Shown: positions 12,410 through 24,869 of the stretch, piece after piece
How the letters are laid out: the number at the start of each line of letters is the position of its first letter
Position numbering within the stretch: the stretch's first letter is position 1
From: the human T2T-CHM13v2.0 reference genome, Homo sapiens
Strand: one strand, 5' to 3'
DNA: 64,000 nucleotides
Assembly (NCBI RefSeq): GCF_009914755.1
Contig: NC_060927.1
The notes under the pieces: generated by a model
Seen by the model: the letters and a program-made list of their open reading frames with translations, nothing else
What the model was told of the DNA's origin: nothing
The model's database searches: none
Position numbers and translations under genes: made by a program

Positions 12410-15400
12410 GGGCTGAAGACCTGGAGAGGAGGTGGTGCTACCGCTGTTCAAATCTGAGGGTGGTGGAGATGGAGCCTTGGGGAGGAGCAGGTGCTGCCTT
12501 TTAAGTCTATGAGAGTCGTTGAGCTGGAGGTCCAGGGAGGAGCCGGTGCTCCCACTGATGTCTTAGGTTGTGGAGCTGAAGACAATGAAGGAGCCAGTGT
12601 GGCTGTTCTGTGAGACTCGTGGAGCTGGAGATCCAGGTGGGAGAGGTGTTTTAGCTCGGGGAAGAGCTGATATTCTACCTTGAGGGTCCTGCAGCTGCAG
12701 ATCCGGGGAGGAGCTGATGTTCTAGTTTGAGTGTCATGCAGCTGCAGACCCGGAGAGGAGCTGATGTTGTAGTTTGAGTGTCATGCAGCTGCAGACCTGG
12801 AGAGGAGCTGATGTTCTAGATTGAGGGTCGTGCAGCTGCAGACCTGGAGAGGAGCTGATGTTCTAGATTGAGGGTCGTGCAGCTGCAGACCCGGGGAGGA
12901 GCTGATGTTCTAGTTTGAGGGTCTCCCAGCTGCAGACCTGGAGAGGAGCTGATGTTCTAGATTGAGGGTCATGCAGCTGCAGACCCGGAGAGGAGCTGAT
13001 GTTCTAGATTGAGGGTCATGCAGCTGCAGACCCAGAGAGGTGCTGATGTTCTAGATTGAGGGTCATGCAGCTGCAGACCCGGAGAGGAGCTGATGTTCTA
13101 GATTGAGGGTCGTGCACCTGCAGACTCGGGGAGGAGCTGATGTTCTAGATTGAGTGTCATGCAGCTGCAGACCTGGAGAGGAGCTGATGTTCTAGATTGA
13201 GGTTCGTGCACCTGCAGACGCGGGGAGGAGCTGATGTTCTAGTTTGAGGGTCTCCCAGGTGCAGACCTGGAGAGGAGCTGATGTTCTAGATTGAGGGTCA
13301 TGCAGCTGCAGACCCGGAGAGGAGCTGATGTTCTAGATTGAGGGTCTCCCAGCTGCAGACCCGGAGAGGAGCTGATGTTCTAGATTGAGGGTCTTGCACC
13401 TGCAGACCCGGGGAGGAGCTGATGTTCTAGTTTGAGGGTCGTGCAGCTGAAGACCTGTAGAGGAGCTGATGTTCTAGTTTGAGGGTCTTGCAGCTGAAGA
13501 CTTGGGGAGGAGCTGATGTTGTTCGCGTTGAGGGTCTTTCAGTTGGAGACTCAGGGAGGAGCTGATGTTCTAGAATTAGGGTCATAGAACTGGAGCCCTG
13601 GAGAGAAGGTAATGTTCTAGTTTTAGGTTCTTGCAGCTGCAGACCCGGAGAGGAGCTGATGTTCTAGATTGAGGGTCATGCAGCTGAAGACTCGGGGAGG
13701 AGCTGATGTTCTAGTTTGAGGATCTTGCAGCTGCAGACCTGTAGAGGAGCTGATGTTCTAGATTGAGGGTCGTGCAGCTGAAGACTTGGGGAGGAGCTTT
13801 AGTTGTTCGCATTGAGGGTCTTTCAGTTGGAGACTCAGGGAGGAGCTGATGTTCTAGATTTAGGGTCACGGAACTGGAGACCTGGACAGAAGTTGATGTT
13901 CTAGTTTGAGTGTCTAGCAGCTGCAGATCCGGAGAGGAGCTGATGTTCTCATTTGAGGGTCTTGCAACTGCAGACCTGTAGAGGAGCTGATGTTCTAGAT
14001 TGAGGGTCGTGCAGCTGCAGACCTGTAGAGGAGCTGATGTTCTAGATTGAGGGTCCTGCAGCTGAAGACTCGGGGTGGAGCTGATGTTGTAGTTGGAGGG
14101 TCATGCAGTTGAGGACTTCGGGAGGAGCTGATGTTGTTCGCGTTGAGGGTCTTTCAGCTGGAGACTCAGGGAGGAGCTGACAATCTTGATTGAGGTTCAC
14201 GGAGCTGGAGACCCGGACAGGAGCTGATGTTCTAGCTAGTGGATCTTCCAGCTGCAGACCCAGAGAGGAGCTGATGTTCTAATTTTAGGTTCTTGCAGCT
14301 GCAGACCTGGAGAGGAGCTGATGTTCTAGATAGAGGGTCATGCAGCTGAAGACTCGGGGAGGAGCTGATGTTGTAGTTTGAGGGTCATGCAGTTGAGGAC
14401 TTCAGGAGGAGCTGATGTTGTTCGCGTTGAGGGTCTTTCAGCTGGGGACTCAGGGAGGAGCTGATAATCTTGATTGAGGGTCATGGAGCTGGAGACCCAG
14501 ACAGGATTTGATGTTCTAGTTAGTGGATCTTCCAGCTGCAGACCAGGGAGGAGCTGATGTTCTAGTTTGAGGGTCGTGCAGCTGAAGACCCGGGGAGGAG
14601 CTGATGTTCTAGATTGAGGGTCGTGGAGCTGCAGACCCGGAGAGGAGCTGATGTTCTAGTTTGAGGGTCGTGCAGCTGGAGACCTGGAGAGGAGCTGATG
14701 TTCTAGTTTGAGGTTCTTGTAGCTGCAGACCTGGAGAGGAGCTGATGTTCTAGATTGAGAGTCGTGCAGCTGTACACCTGGAGAGGAGCCAATGTTCTAG
14801 ATTGAGACTCGTGCAGCTGCACACTTGGAGAGGAGCTGATGTTCTAGATTGATGGTCTTGCAGCTGCAGACCTGGAGAGGAGCTGATGTTCTAGTTTGAG
14901 GATCTTGGAGCTGCAGAGCCGGAGAGGAGCTGATGTTCTACTTTGAGGGTCATGCAGCTGGAGACGTGGAGAGGAGCTGATGTTCTAGTTTGAGGGTCAT
15001 GCAGGTGAAGACTCGGTGAGGAGCTGATGTTCTACATGGAGGGTCTTGCAGCTGCAGAACTGTAGGAGAACTGATGTTCTAGTTTGAGGGTCTTGCAGCT
15101 GCAGACCTGGAGAGGAGCTGATGTTCTAGTTTGAGGGTCTTGCAGCTGCAAACCTGGAGAGGAGCTGATGTTCTAGATTGAGGGTCATGCAGCTGAAGAC
15201 TCGGGGAGGAGCTGATGTTCTAGATTAAGGGTCATGCAGCTGAAGACTCAGGGAGGAGCTGAGGTTCTAGTTTGAGGGTCATGCAGCTGAAGACTCGGGA
15301 GGAGCTGAGATTCTAGTTTGAGGGTCATGCAGCAGAAGGCTCAGGGAGGAGCTGATGTTCTAGATTGAGGGCCCTACAGCTGCACACCTGAAGAGGAGTT

Positions 15401-18400
15401 GATGTTCGAGATTGAGGGTCGTGCAGCTGAATACTCAGAGAGGAGCTGATGTTATAGTTTGAGGGCCCTACAGCTGAAGACCCGGAGAGTATCTGATCTT
15501 CGAGATTGAGGGTCGTGCAGCTGAAGACTCCAGGAGGAGCTAAGGTGGTAATTTGAGGGTCTTGCAGCTGCTGACTTGGGGAGGAGCTGATGTTCTAGTT
15601 TGAGGGCCCTACAGTTGGAAATCTGTACAGGAGCTGATGTTCTAGTTTGAGGGTCGTGCAGGTGAAGACTCGGGGAGGAGCTGATATTCTAGTTTGAGGG
15701 CCGTGCAGCTAGAGATGCAGACAGGAGCTGATGTTGTAGTTTGAGGGTCGTACAGCTGAAGATTCAGGGAGGAGCTGCTGATGTATTTTTAGGGTCATGG
15801 AGCTGCAGACCCGGAGAGGAGCTGATGTTAAAGATTGAGGGTCATGCAGCTGAAGACTCTGGGAGGAGCTGACGTTCTAATTTGAGTTCCCTACAGGTGG
15901 ACACCCAGAGAGGAGCTTATGTTCTAGATGAGGGTCATGCAGCAGAAGACTCGGGGAAGAGCTGAGGTTGTAGTTTGAGGGTCGTGCAGCTGGAGAACCA
16001 GACAGGAGCTGATGTTGTAGATTGAGCGTCGTGCAGCTGAAGACTCGGGGAGGAGCTGATGTTGTTTGTTTTGAGGGTCTTTCAGCTGGAGACTCAGGGA
16101 GGAGCTGACGTTCTAGATTGAGGGTCTTGCAGCTGCAGACCCGGAGAGGAACTGATGTTCTAGATTGAGGGTCACGCAGCTGAAGACTTGGGGAGAAGCT
16201 GATGTTCTAACTTGAGGGTCGTGCAGCTGAGGACTCGGGGAGGAGCTGATGTTGACGGCTGTGCAGGTGGAGATCCGGCGGGGAGCTGATGTTCTGGTTT
16301 GAGGGCCGGGGAGCTGATGTTCCAGTTTGATGGCCGTGCACCTGGAGACCCAGGGAGGAACATCAAACTGGAACATCTGCTCCCCGCAGTGCCTCCAGCT
16401 GCATGGCTCCCAAACTGGAACATTGGTTCCCACCCGGGTCTCCAGCTGCACGGCCCTCAAACTGCAACATCGGCTACCCCCGAGTCTCCAGCTGCGCGGC
16501 CCTCAAACTGGAACATCAGCTCCCCACCGGGTCTCCAGCTTCACGGCCCTCAAACTGGAACTTCAGCTCCCCACCGGGTCTCCAGCTTCACGGCCCTCAA
16601 ACTGGAACTTCAGCTCCCCACCGGGTATCCAGCTGCACGGCCCTCAGACTGGAACTTCAGCTCCCCACCGGGTATCCAGCGGCACGGCCCTCAGACTGGA
16701 ACATCAGCTCCCCGCCGGGTCTCCAGCTGCACGGCCCTCAAACTGGAACTTCAGCTCCCCACCGGGTCTCCAGCTTCACGGCCCTCAAACTGGAACTTCA
16801 GCTCCCCACCGGGTATCCAGCTGCATGGCCCTCAGACTGGAACTTCAGCTCCCCACCAGGTCTCCAGCTGCACGGCCCTCAGACTGGAACATCAGCTCCC
16901 CGCCGGGTCTCCAGCTGCACGGCCCTCAAACTGGAATAGTTTGAACCCAGGGGGGATCTGATGTTCCAGTTTGAGGGCTGTGCAGCTGGAGACCCGGCAG
17001 GGAGCTGATGTTCCGGTTGTAGGGCTGTGCAGCTGGAGACCCGGGGGGAAGCTGATGGTCCAGTTGTAGGGCCGTGCTGCTGGAGACCCAAGGGTGGAGC
17101 TGATGTTCCAGTTTGAGGGCCGTGCAGTTGATGACCCGGCGGGGAGCTGATGTCCAAGTTTGAGGTCTGTGCAGCTGGAGACCCGCGGGGGAGCTGATGT
17201 TCCAGTTTGATGGCCATGCAGCTGGAGACTCTGATGGGAGCTGATGTTGCAATTTGAGGGCCATGCAGCTGGAGACCTGGCGGGGAGGTGATGTTCCAGT
17301 TTGAGGGCCATGCAGCTGGTGACCTGGCAGGGAGCTGATGTTCCAGTTTGAGGCCCGTGCTCCTGGAGACCTAGCGGGGAGCTGATGTTCCAATTTGAGG
17401 GCCGTGCACCTGGAGACCTGGCGGGGAGCTGATGTTCCAGTTTGAGGGCTGTGCAGCTGGATACCCAGCAGGGAGCTGATGTTGCAGTTTGAGGGCCGTG
17501 CACCTGGAGACCCGGCGGGAAGCTGATGTTCCAGTTTGAGGGCCGTGCAGCTGGAGACCTGGTGGGGAACTGATGTTCCAGTTTGAGGGCCGTGCATCTG
17601 GAGACCTGGGCGGGGAGCTAATGTTCCAGTTTAAGGCCATGCAGCTGTATACCCGGTGGGGAGTTGATGTTCCAGTTTGAGGGCCGTGCATCTGGAGACC
17701 CGGTGAGGAGCCAGTGTTGCAGTTTGAGGGCCGTGGAGCTGGAGACCCGGCGGGGAGCTGATGTTCCAGGTTGACGCGGTGTAGCTGGAGACCCGGGGGG
17801 AACTGATGTTGCAGTTTGAGGGCCGTGCATCTGGAGACCTGGTGGGGAGCCAGTGTTGCAGGTTGAGGACCGTGCAGCTGGAGACCCTGTGGGGAGCTGA
17901 TGTTCCTGTTTGAGAGCCGTGCAGCTGGAGACCCTGTGGGGAGCAGATGTTCCTGTTTGAGAGCCGTGCAGCTGGAGACCCGGTGGGGAGCTGATGTTGC
18001 AAGTTGAGGGCTGTGCACCTGGAGCCCCGGGGTGGAGCTGATATTCCAGTTTGAGGGTCGTGCAGCTGGCGATCTGGTGGGGAGCTGATGTTCCAGTTTG
18101 AGGGCCATGCAGCTGGGGACCCGGCAGGGAGCTCATGTTCCAGTTTGCAGGCAGTGCACCTGGAGACCCGGCGGGGAGCTGATGTTCCAGTTTGAGGTCC
18201 GTGCAGCTGGAGATCTGGTGGGGGAGCTGATGTTCCAGTTTGAGGGCCCTGCAGCTGGAGACCCATGGGGATCTGATGTTCCAGTTTGAGGGTGGTGCTG
18301 CTGGCGACCCAGGCGGGAGCTGATGTTCTAGTTTTAGGGACCTACAGCTGGAGACCCGGGGAGGAGCTGACGTTCCCTTTCGAGGGCTGTGCAGGTGGAG

Positions 18401-18600
18401 ACCTGGGGAGGAACTGATGTTGTTCTAATTTGAGTGTGGTGCAGCTGGAGATCCAGGGATGAGATGGCCCTGCGGTTCAAATATGAGGGTCCCGGAGCTG
18501 GACTCTACGTGAGGAACCAATGCTGCCTCTGATGTCTTAGGTTGTGGAGCTGGAAACTCGCGGAGGAGCTGGTATTGGTGTTTCTAGTTGAGGGTTGTGG
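12410..18600. repeat. 47-bp tandem repeat array, about 130 units (GGAGCTGATGTTCTAGATTGAGGGTCGTGCAGCTGCAGACCTGGAGA)
   Basis: Period of 47 measured (GGAGCTG at 12757 and 12804); degenerate edges; sub-variants and an inverted block. Confidence 0.97.
16357..16936 (-). repeat. Inverted block of about 12 units within the 47-bp array
   Basis: Units read as the reverse complement (GAACATCAGCTCCCC..TCCAGCTGCACGGCCCTCAAACTG); abrupt junctions at ~16357 and ~16936. Confidence 0.95.
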
Positions 18601-18604
18601 TATT

Positions 18605-21010
18605 TCCAGGGTTTCACAAAGGCCAGATTTTATTTCAGTTACTCAGAAGAGAAAGAAAATGTCTTCTGAAAGAGGTGAATTCAATCATTACCAATAGAAA
18701 AAGTATCCACTGTATTTATCTCTTATACCAACAGAAAAATATAACATTTTCCCCCTTAGAATAATATATACATATATATAAAACTTAAGGTTCTATTGTA
18801 TGTAGCCGAACAATACAATCTGGAAACCAGCATGAAACTCTATTATTCACATGTTAAAATGTTGAAACTATGACCAAAATATGAAAACTGCTAGAGCTAT
18901 CAGAAAGACACAAGACAAAAAGCTTCTTGCATATGTATAAACTAAATGTGATAATCTCAAAAAACTGTTCAAAATTATAATTACTTTCCAGTTTAAAGAC
19001 TTCAGTCCTAAATTAAAAAAAAAACTTCTATATACAAACCACTGATTTGCCCAGACCAAAAAAAGAAAGAAAGAAAGAAAGAGAAATCAGCGGTAAGGTA
19101 AGCAGGACCCAGAGGAGCTGATATTCACAGTTCTTACATGGACAACTCTTGCAGGAATTATCCATAAAGTACTTTATTTTACAACCTGCTTTTCTTGTAA
19201 AACTAAAGGTGCACTTTTTTACATAAAAGTTTTATACAGTGTTAAAACCAGAACTCTGTGTAAAATACTGCATGTATATGTTTCTAAATAGTCTTGTTCC
19301 AGTGGTTCATCGGTGACTTCTGTGGCTTCGTCATCATTTTCCATGGATGATTCTGAAAGAATCTCTCCAGTTTTACTGGAATTGGATCCTACTAATTCTT
19401 CTGTTTCACGGCAGTCAGAAGAACCACTACTTTCAGGGCCTTCGTTTTCACTACCTTCAGAATGTAGTAAATCTTTCTCAGCTTGAGACACATCAGATTC
19501 CTCCATTTCATTATTTTCCTCAGAAGTCTCTTCATTCACAGTTGAGGCATCATCAGATTCTTTTTCTTGTTTATTTCTTTCTGGGATCATTTCTCTTGAT
19601 GTCATAAAAGACTCTAAAACTAAGCAAATGTTGTTGTACTTAAATTTTGTTTTCAAAATACCTCCACAGTTAAGTTTCATGAATTCTGATGCTCTGTAGT
19701 TCAAATCACATCCCCTGAAATTCAGCAGCAACTGCATACAGGTGGGAGAAAAGCCCAGCGTCGGCATTACAAGGAGTTCCATGACGTACAGTTCTTTCAC
19801 GAAAACAATGAATGCAAGAATTTGAGGATCTCCTTACTCCTCCCTTTTACAGATGGTCTCTCAGTCCCTTCTTCTTCCTCTTCATCTTCTTCATCCTCTT
19901 CTGAACACGCTGCCGGGTACCACAGCTTTCTTTGTCTTTATCATGAGATGAAGGTGATGCTTCTGTTTCTTCTACCATAACTGAAGAAATTTCGCTGCAA
20001 GTCTCTTGACTGGCTGTTTCTCCGACTTCGCCTTTTTGTCAAACCTGAGTCTTTTTACCTCATACCCCTCAGCTTCCACAGCATCTTCATCTGGATGTTT
20101 ATTTCTCAAAGGGCTCACTGAGGAAACTTCTGATTCAGATGTCGAAGAGTCACTGTGAGTTTTCTCTTCATTTTGCTGCAAATTTGCCTCTTTGCTGTCT
20201 GTGCTCTCAGGCCACCCATTTGTTGTCATGGGGCTGACAGAGAAACCTTTGGTCGATTACGTGGCCTGGGTGTCCCAGGCCCATTTATATTAGACCTCTC
20301 AGTATAGCTTGGTGCATTTCCAGGAAACATCACACCATTCATTCGATTTAAACTATTGGAATTGTTTTTCTCTGAAGAAGGATAAACACAGCTAACAACC
20401 ATCACGTTCTTTTCTACTCCTCTGAGAAATTTGTCTGTTCCTGTATAGTTTCTCCTTGGATCTGTTAACAATTCACATAATCGCTGAATAGTAAAAGGGA
20501 TACGGTTAAATCCAGTGACAGTTTTCAGTATTCTTCCCTTTGTTTCATCAAAGGGAATATATTCGACTTTAGGGTTGGGAGGACCTCTTGGCGCAGGAGC
20601 TGAAGTTCTGAAATCATCCATCACTTTCTCCAGTTTGAAAATAAAATAGCCTTTAAATTGGGACCACTGAATCTGTTTCTCCAGTCTTGGCTACATGACA
20701 AAAGGAACTGATCCAGGACAGGACAGACTTTCTTTTTTGCCTCTTCTCAAAATCTTCCAGCGCCTCCTGGAGCCTGTCGACGTCCATGGCTTCCCGGAGT
20801 CCCTCACAGCCTCCGCCTCCCTCCGCGGGTCTCTTGGGGACCGGAACGCCTCCCCCCACCCCCCGACGTCCTCCCACTCCCTCGCACACCCTCCAGCACG
20901 CAGGCCAAGTGGGGTGGGGGGGAACGAAGGGAGCCGGGGAAGCGTGTGAGAGAGTGAGACCGACAGAGTGAGCACCTCCCCAAGCCGCTACCACCAGCCC
21001 TCCAACATGG
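18605..21010 (-). pseudogene. PPP4R2 processed pseudogene (5'UTR, disrupted CDS ~20787-19288, 3'UTR)
   Basis: ATG at 20787 gives [16 protein letters not shown]; further pieces [29 protein letters not shown] and [23 protein letters not shown] match PP4R2; intronless with frameshifts; - strand AATAAA near 18630. Confidence 0.95.
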
Positions 21011-21399
21011 CGCCTGGCACATCACCCTAAAAAGTCATTTCTTGGAGAAGCGATGGATGACAGAGATTAATCTGAGAGTTACTATTAATGGAGAAACTTA
21101 GAACTTACCATTTTTCCTGTGAGGTTTCGGTGCTGATACTTCTATTCTGTGAGTTCTGGCAATTGTGTCCGTTCACCCAGCCTGGTGATGCAGCAGGTGT
21201 CACAGAAGGACCCTGTCCCAGCTGGTCCTGCTCCACTGCTAGGATGGTGTGCCCTCTGATCTGTGACCGTGTCTTGAGGGGAGACCAGGCCCTTGATCAC
21301 AAGCGTATCCATGGTGAGGTTCCGTGGATGGAAGCTCATGGATGTTCCTTCCTGATGTTCATCTGCCACCTTGCTATTGAATGCATCCTGTTTATAACT

Positions 21400-22390
21400 G
21401 TCTTCTAAATATTGAATAGAAATAAAGCGTTTTTACAGTATGGGTAAGGTATAAAGAATATTGACACATTGGACACAGAGGACCTCCACCAAGTTTAGGG
21501 AGTAGAATCTGAAGAGACATAACTTTGGATGCTCCCTGGAGGCCCTGCCTGAGTCCCAGTCCCTTCCCTTCTCCTACGGAGGGAATCACTTCTTGCTTTA
21601 GTCTTTATTATTTGCACACTTTCCTTCATAGTACATTTCTTTCACCGTGTGTGTACATCCCTAAAAAATAAGCCATTTAGTTTTTGAACTTTCTGTTTTC
21701 TTTCTGAGGCAGGGTCTTGCTCTGTTGCCTCGGCTGTAGTTTTGAACTTTGACGTGAGGGAATTCTCCTGCATGGCTGCTCCTACACTGCATGGCTCTGA
21801 GCACCTGCTCTGTGTCTATTTTTGTCCTCCATTCTCTCCCTGAGACCCACCCACACTGACATGGCTCATTTTCATTGCTGCATGGTCTCCCGTCGTCTGA
21901 GGGGAGCATGGGAAATGTCTTCATCTTCCCGTGGATGAGTGTTTGGCCAGGTTGGGGCCCTTAGGACTGTGTTTTGTTGGGAACGTTCTTGGGCATTTCT
22001 TTTGTACACAAGCGCAAGTTTCTTCTGGTCAGTAGCTTTCAAGTTTTAAAATTTCATCCCAGGTAAGAAATGTAATTTTCCTCATAACCCACAACACACA
22101 CTCTTTCATATACAAGCATAGCAGAAATATACTTCACAAGCGTTAGCAGTGCCTGGTGTTCCTGCTTCTCACCATTCTCCCCAACGCTGGCATGGATTGG
22201 GTTGTGAGATTTTTGCCCGTCTGGTGAGTGTCACGTGATATCTCCCCCGTTAGGCTGAGCCCCTCTTCATGTTTTCATTAGCCGTTCCTCCACATTTCCT
22301 CTTCTGTGGAGGGCCGGTTCAGCTCTTTTGCCCAGTTTCTGTTAAGTTGTTTGAATTTTTGCACTTTTCCTTTATTATTCCTATTATTAT
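21400..22390 (-). mobile_element. Old degenerate L1 (L1M-type) fragment
   Basis: T-rich sequence resembling an antisense L1M 3' region. Confidence 0.45.
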
Positions 22391-22613
22391 GTTTTTGAGA
22401 CAGAGTCTCACTCTGTCACCCAGGCTGGAGTGCAGTGGCGTGATCTCAGCTCACTGCAACCTCCACCTTCTGGGTCAAGTGATTCTCCTGCCTCAGCCTC
22501 CTGAGTAGCTGGGATTACAGATGGGTGCCACCACACCCGACTAATTTTTGTATTTTTACTAGTGATGGGTTTTCACCATGTTGGCCAGGCTGGTCTGAAA
22601 CTCCTGACCTCAG
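22390..22613 (-). mobile_element. Alu truncated at a junction with L1
   Basis: Alu stops at CTCCTGACCTCAG and L1-like sequence follows directly. Confidence 0.85.
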
Positions 22614-23318
22614 AATATTTTCCCTGGATATACTATTCTGGGATGAAAGTTTTTTTTCCTTCAGTTCTTTAAATATGCCATGCCCCTCTCTCCTGGCTTA
22701 TAATGTTTCCACTGAAAAGTCTGCTCCAAGATATACGGGAGCTCCTTATATGTTATTTGTTTCTTTTCTCCTTCTGCCTTCAGAATTTTTTCTTCATCCT
22801 TGACTTTTGGGAGTTTGATTATTAAATACCTTTGGTTTAAATCTACTTGGTGTTCTACAATCTTCTTGCATTTGAATATTGATATAGTTCTCTAGGTTTG
22901 GGAAGCTGTTACTATCTCTTTGAACAGATTTTCTATGCTGATCTCTCTCTCTACCTCCTCTAATGCTTAGATTTGTTCTTTTGAGGCTATTTTCTAGATC
23001 TTGTAGGTGTGCTTCATTGTTTTTATTTTATTTCTTGCTTTATAGTTTTTTATTCTTTTTTCTTTTGTCTTCTCTGACTGTGTGTTTTCAAATAGCCTGT
23101 CTTCAACCTCACTAATTCTTTCTTCTGCTTAATCTGTTCTGCTGGTAAGAGATCTCATGCATTCTTCAGTATGTCAATGATATTTTTCAGGTCGAGAATT
23201 TCTGCTCGGTTTTAAAAAATTATTTCAATCTCTTTGTGAAATATATTTGATACGATTCTGAATTCCTTCTCTGTGTTGTCTTGAGTTTCCCTGAGCTTCC
23301 TCTAAACAGCCATTTTGA

Positions 23319-23729
<411 letters not shown>

Positions 23730-23794
23730 TGATCTCATGGATTCAAGTGATCCTCCCTCCTCGGCTTCCCAAAGTGCTGGAATTATAGGCATGA

Positions 23795-24239
<445 letters not shown>

Positions 24240-24512
24240 TGAGGGTTGTGACCTAAGTCTTTTGTCACTGCAGTCACATCTGCATTAGAGGCACCTCAAG
24301 CCCAGTAACACTATGACTCTTGCAGACTCATAGAGGGACCACCTTGGTGGTCTTAAGTAAGATCTGGGAGAATTCCCTGGATTACCAGGCAGAGCCTCTT
24401 GTTCTTTTCCTTCACTTTACCCCAAACAAATGGAGTCTTTCTCTCCATGCTGAGCTGTCTGGAGTTAGGGGAGGGGCGACACAAGCACTCCTGTGGCCAC
24501 CAGCACTGGGAC

Positions 24513-24869
24513 TGTAGCAGGATGAGCTACAGACAAAACCCCTCAGACACCGGGTTAAAGAAGGAAGAGGCTTTATTCGGCCGGGAGCGTCGGCAGACTT
24601 GCATCTCAAGAACGAAGCTCCTAGAAGAAAGAGTTCCTGGCCCTTTTAAGGGCTTACAACTCTAAGGGGTCCACATGAAAGGGTTGTGATAGATTGAGAT
24701 CTATAGAGAGCACATCTGGTTAGAGTCGGGGGTTAATCTTTAACCTCAGGCCTGGTCATCAGTGCGCCGGCTGGTCTTGCCACTGACTTCATTCCTGTTG
24801 TTTTTCAGCTTTTACTTCCTCCTTCTCTTCAGAGACAGGAGACAGTAAGAGAAATGACCTCTCTCCTCA
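24513..24869 (-). mobile_element. ERV1-class solo LTR (MER61-like)
   Basis: TG..CA termini; 4-bp TSD GGAC at 24509-24512 and 24870-24873; - strand AATAAA near 24573; subfamily name is from memory. Confidence 0.8.

Noticed and set aside
12410-18600. CRISPR-like array
   Set aside because: Head-to-tail monomers with no unique spacers and no cas genes, in a mammalian context; the same applies to the 36-, 38- and 62-bp VNTRs.
19219-20994. PPP4R2 ORFs as a functional gene
   Set aside because: Multiple frameshifts split the CDS, the conserved N-terminal region is broken early, and the native stop appears to be lost.
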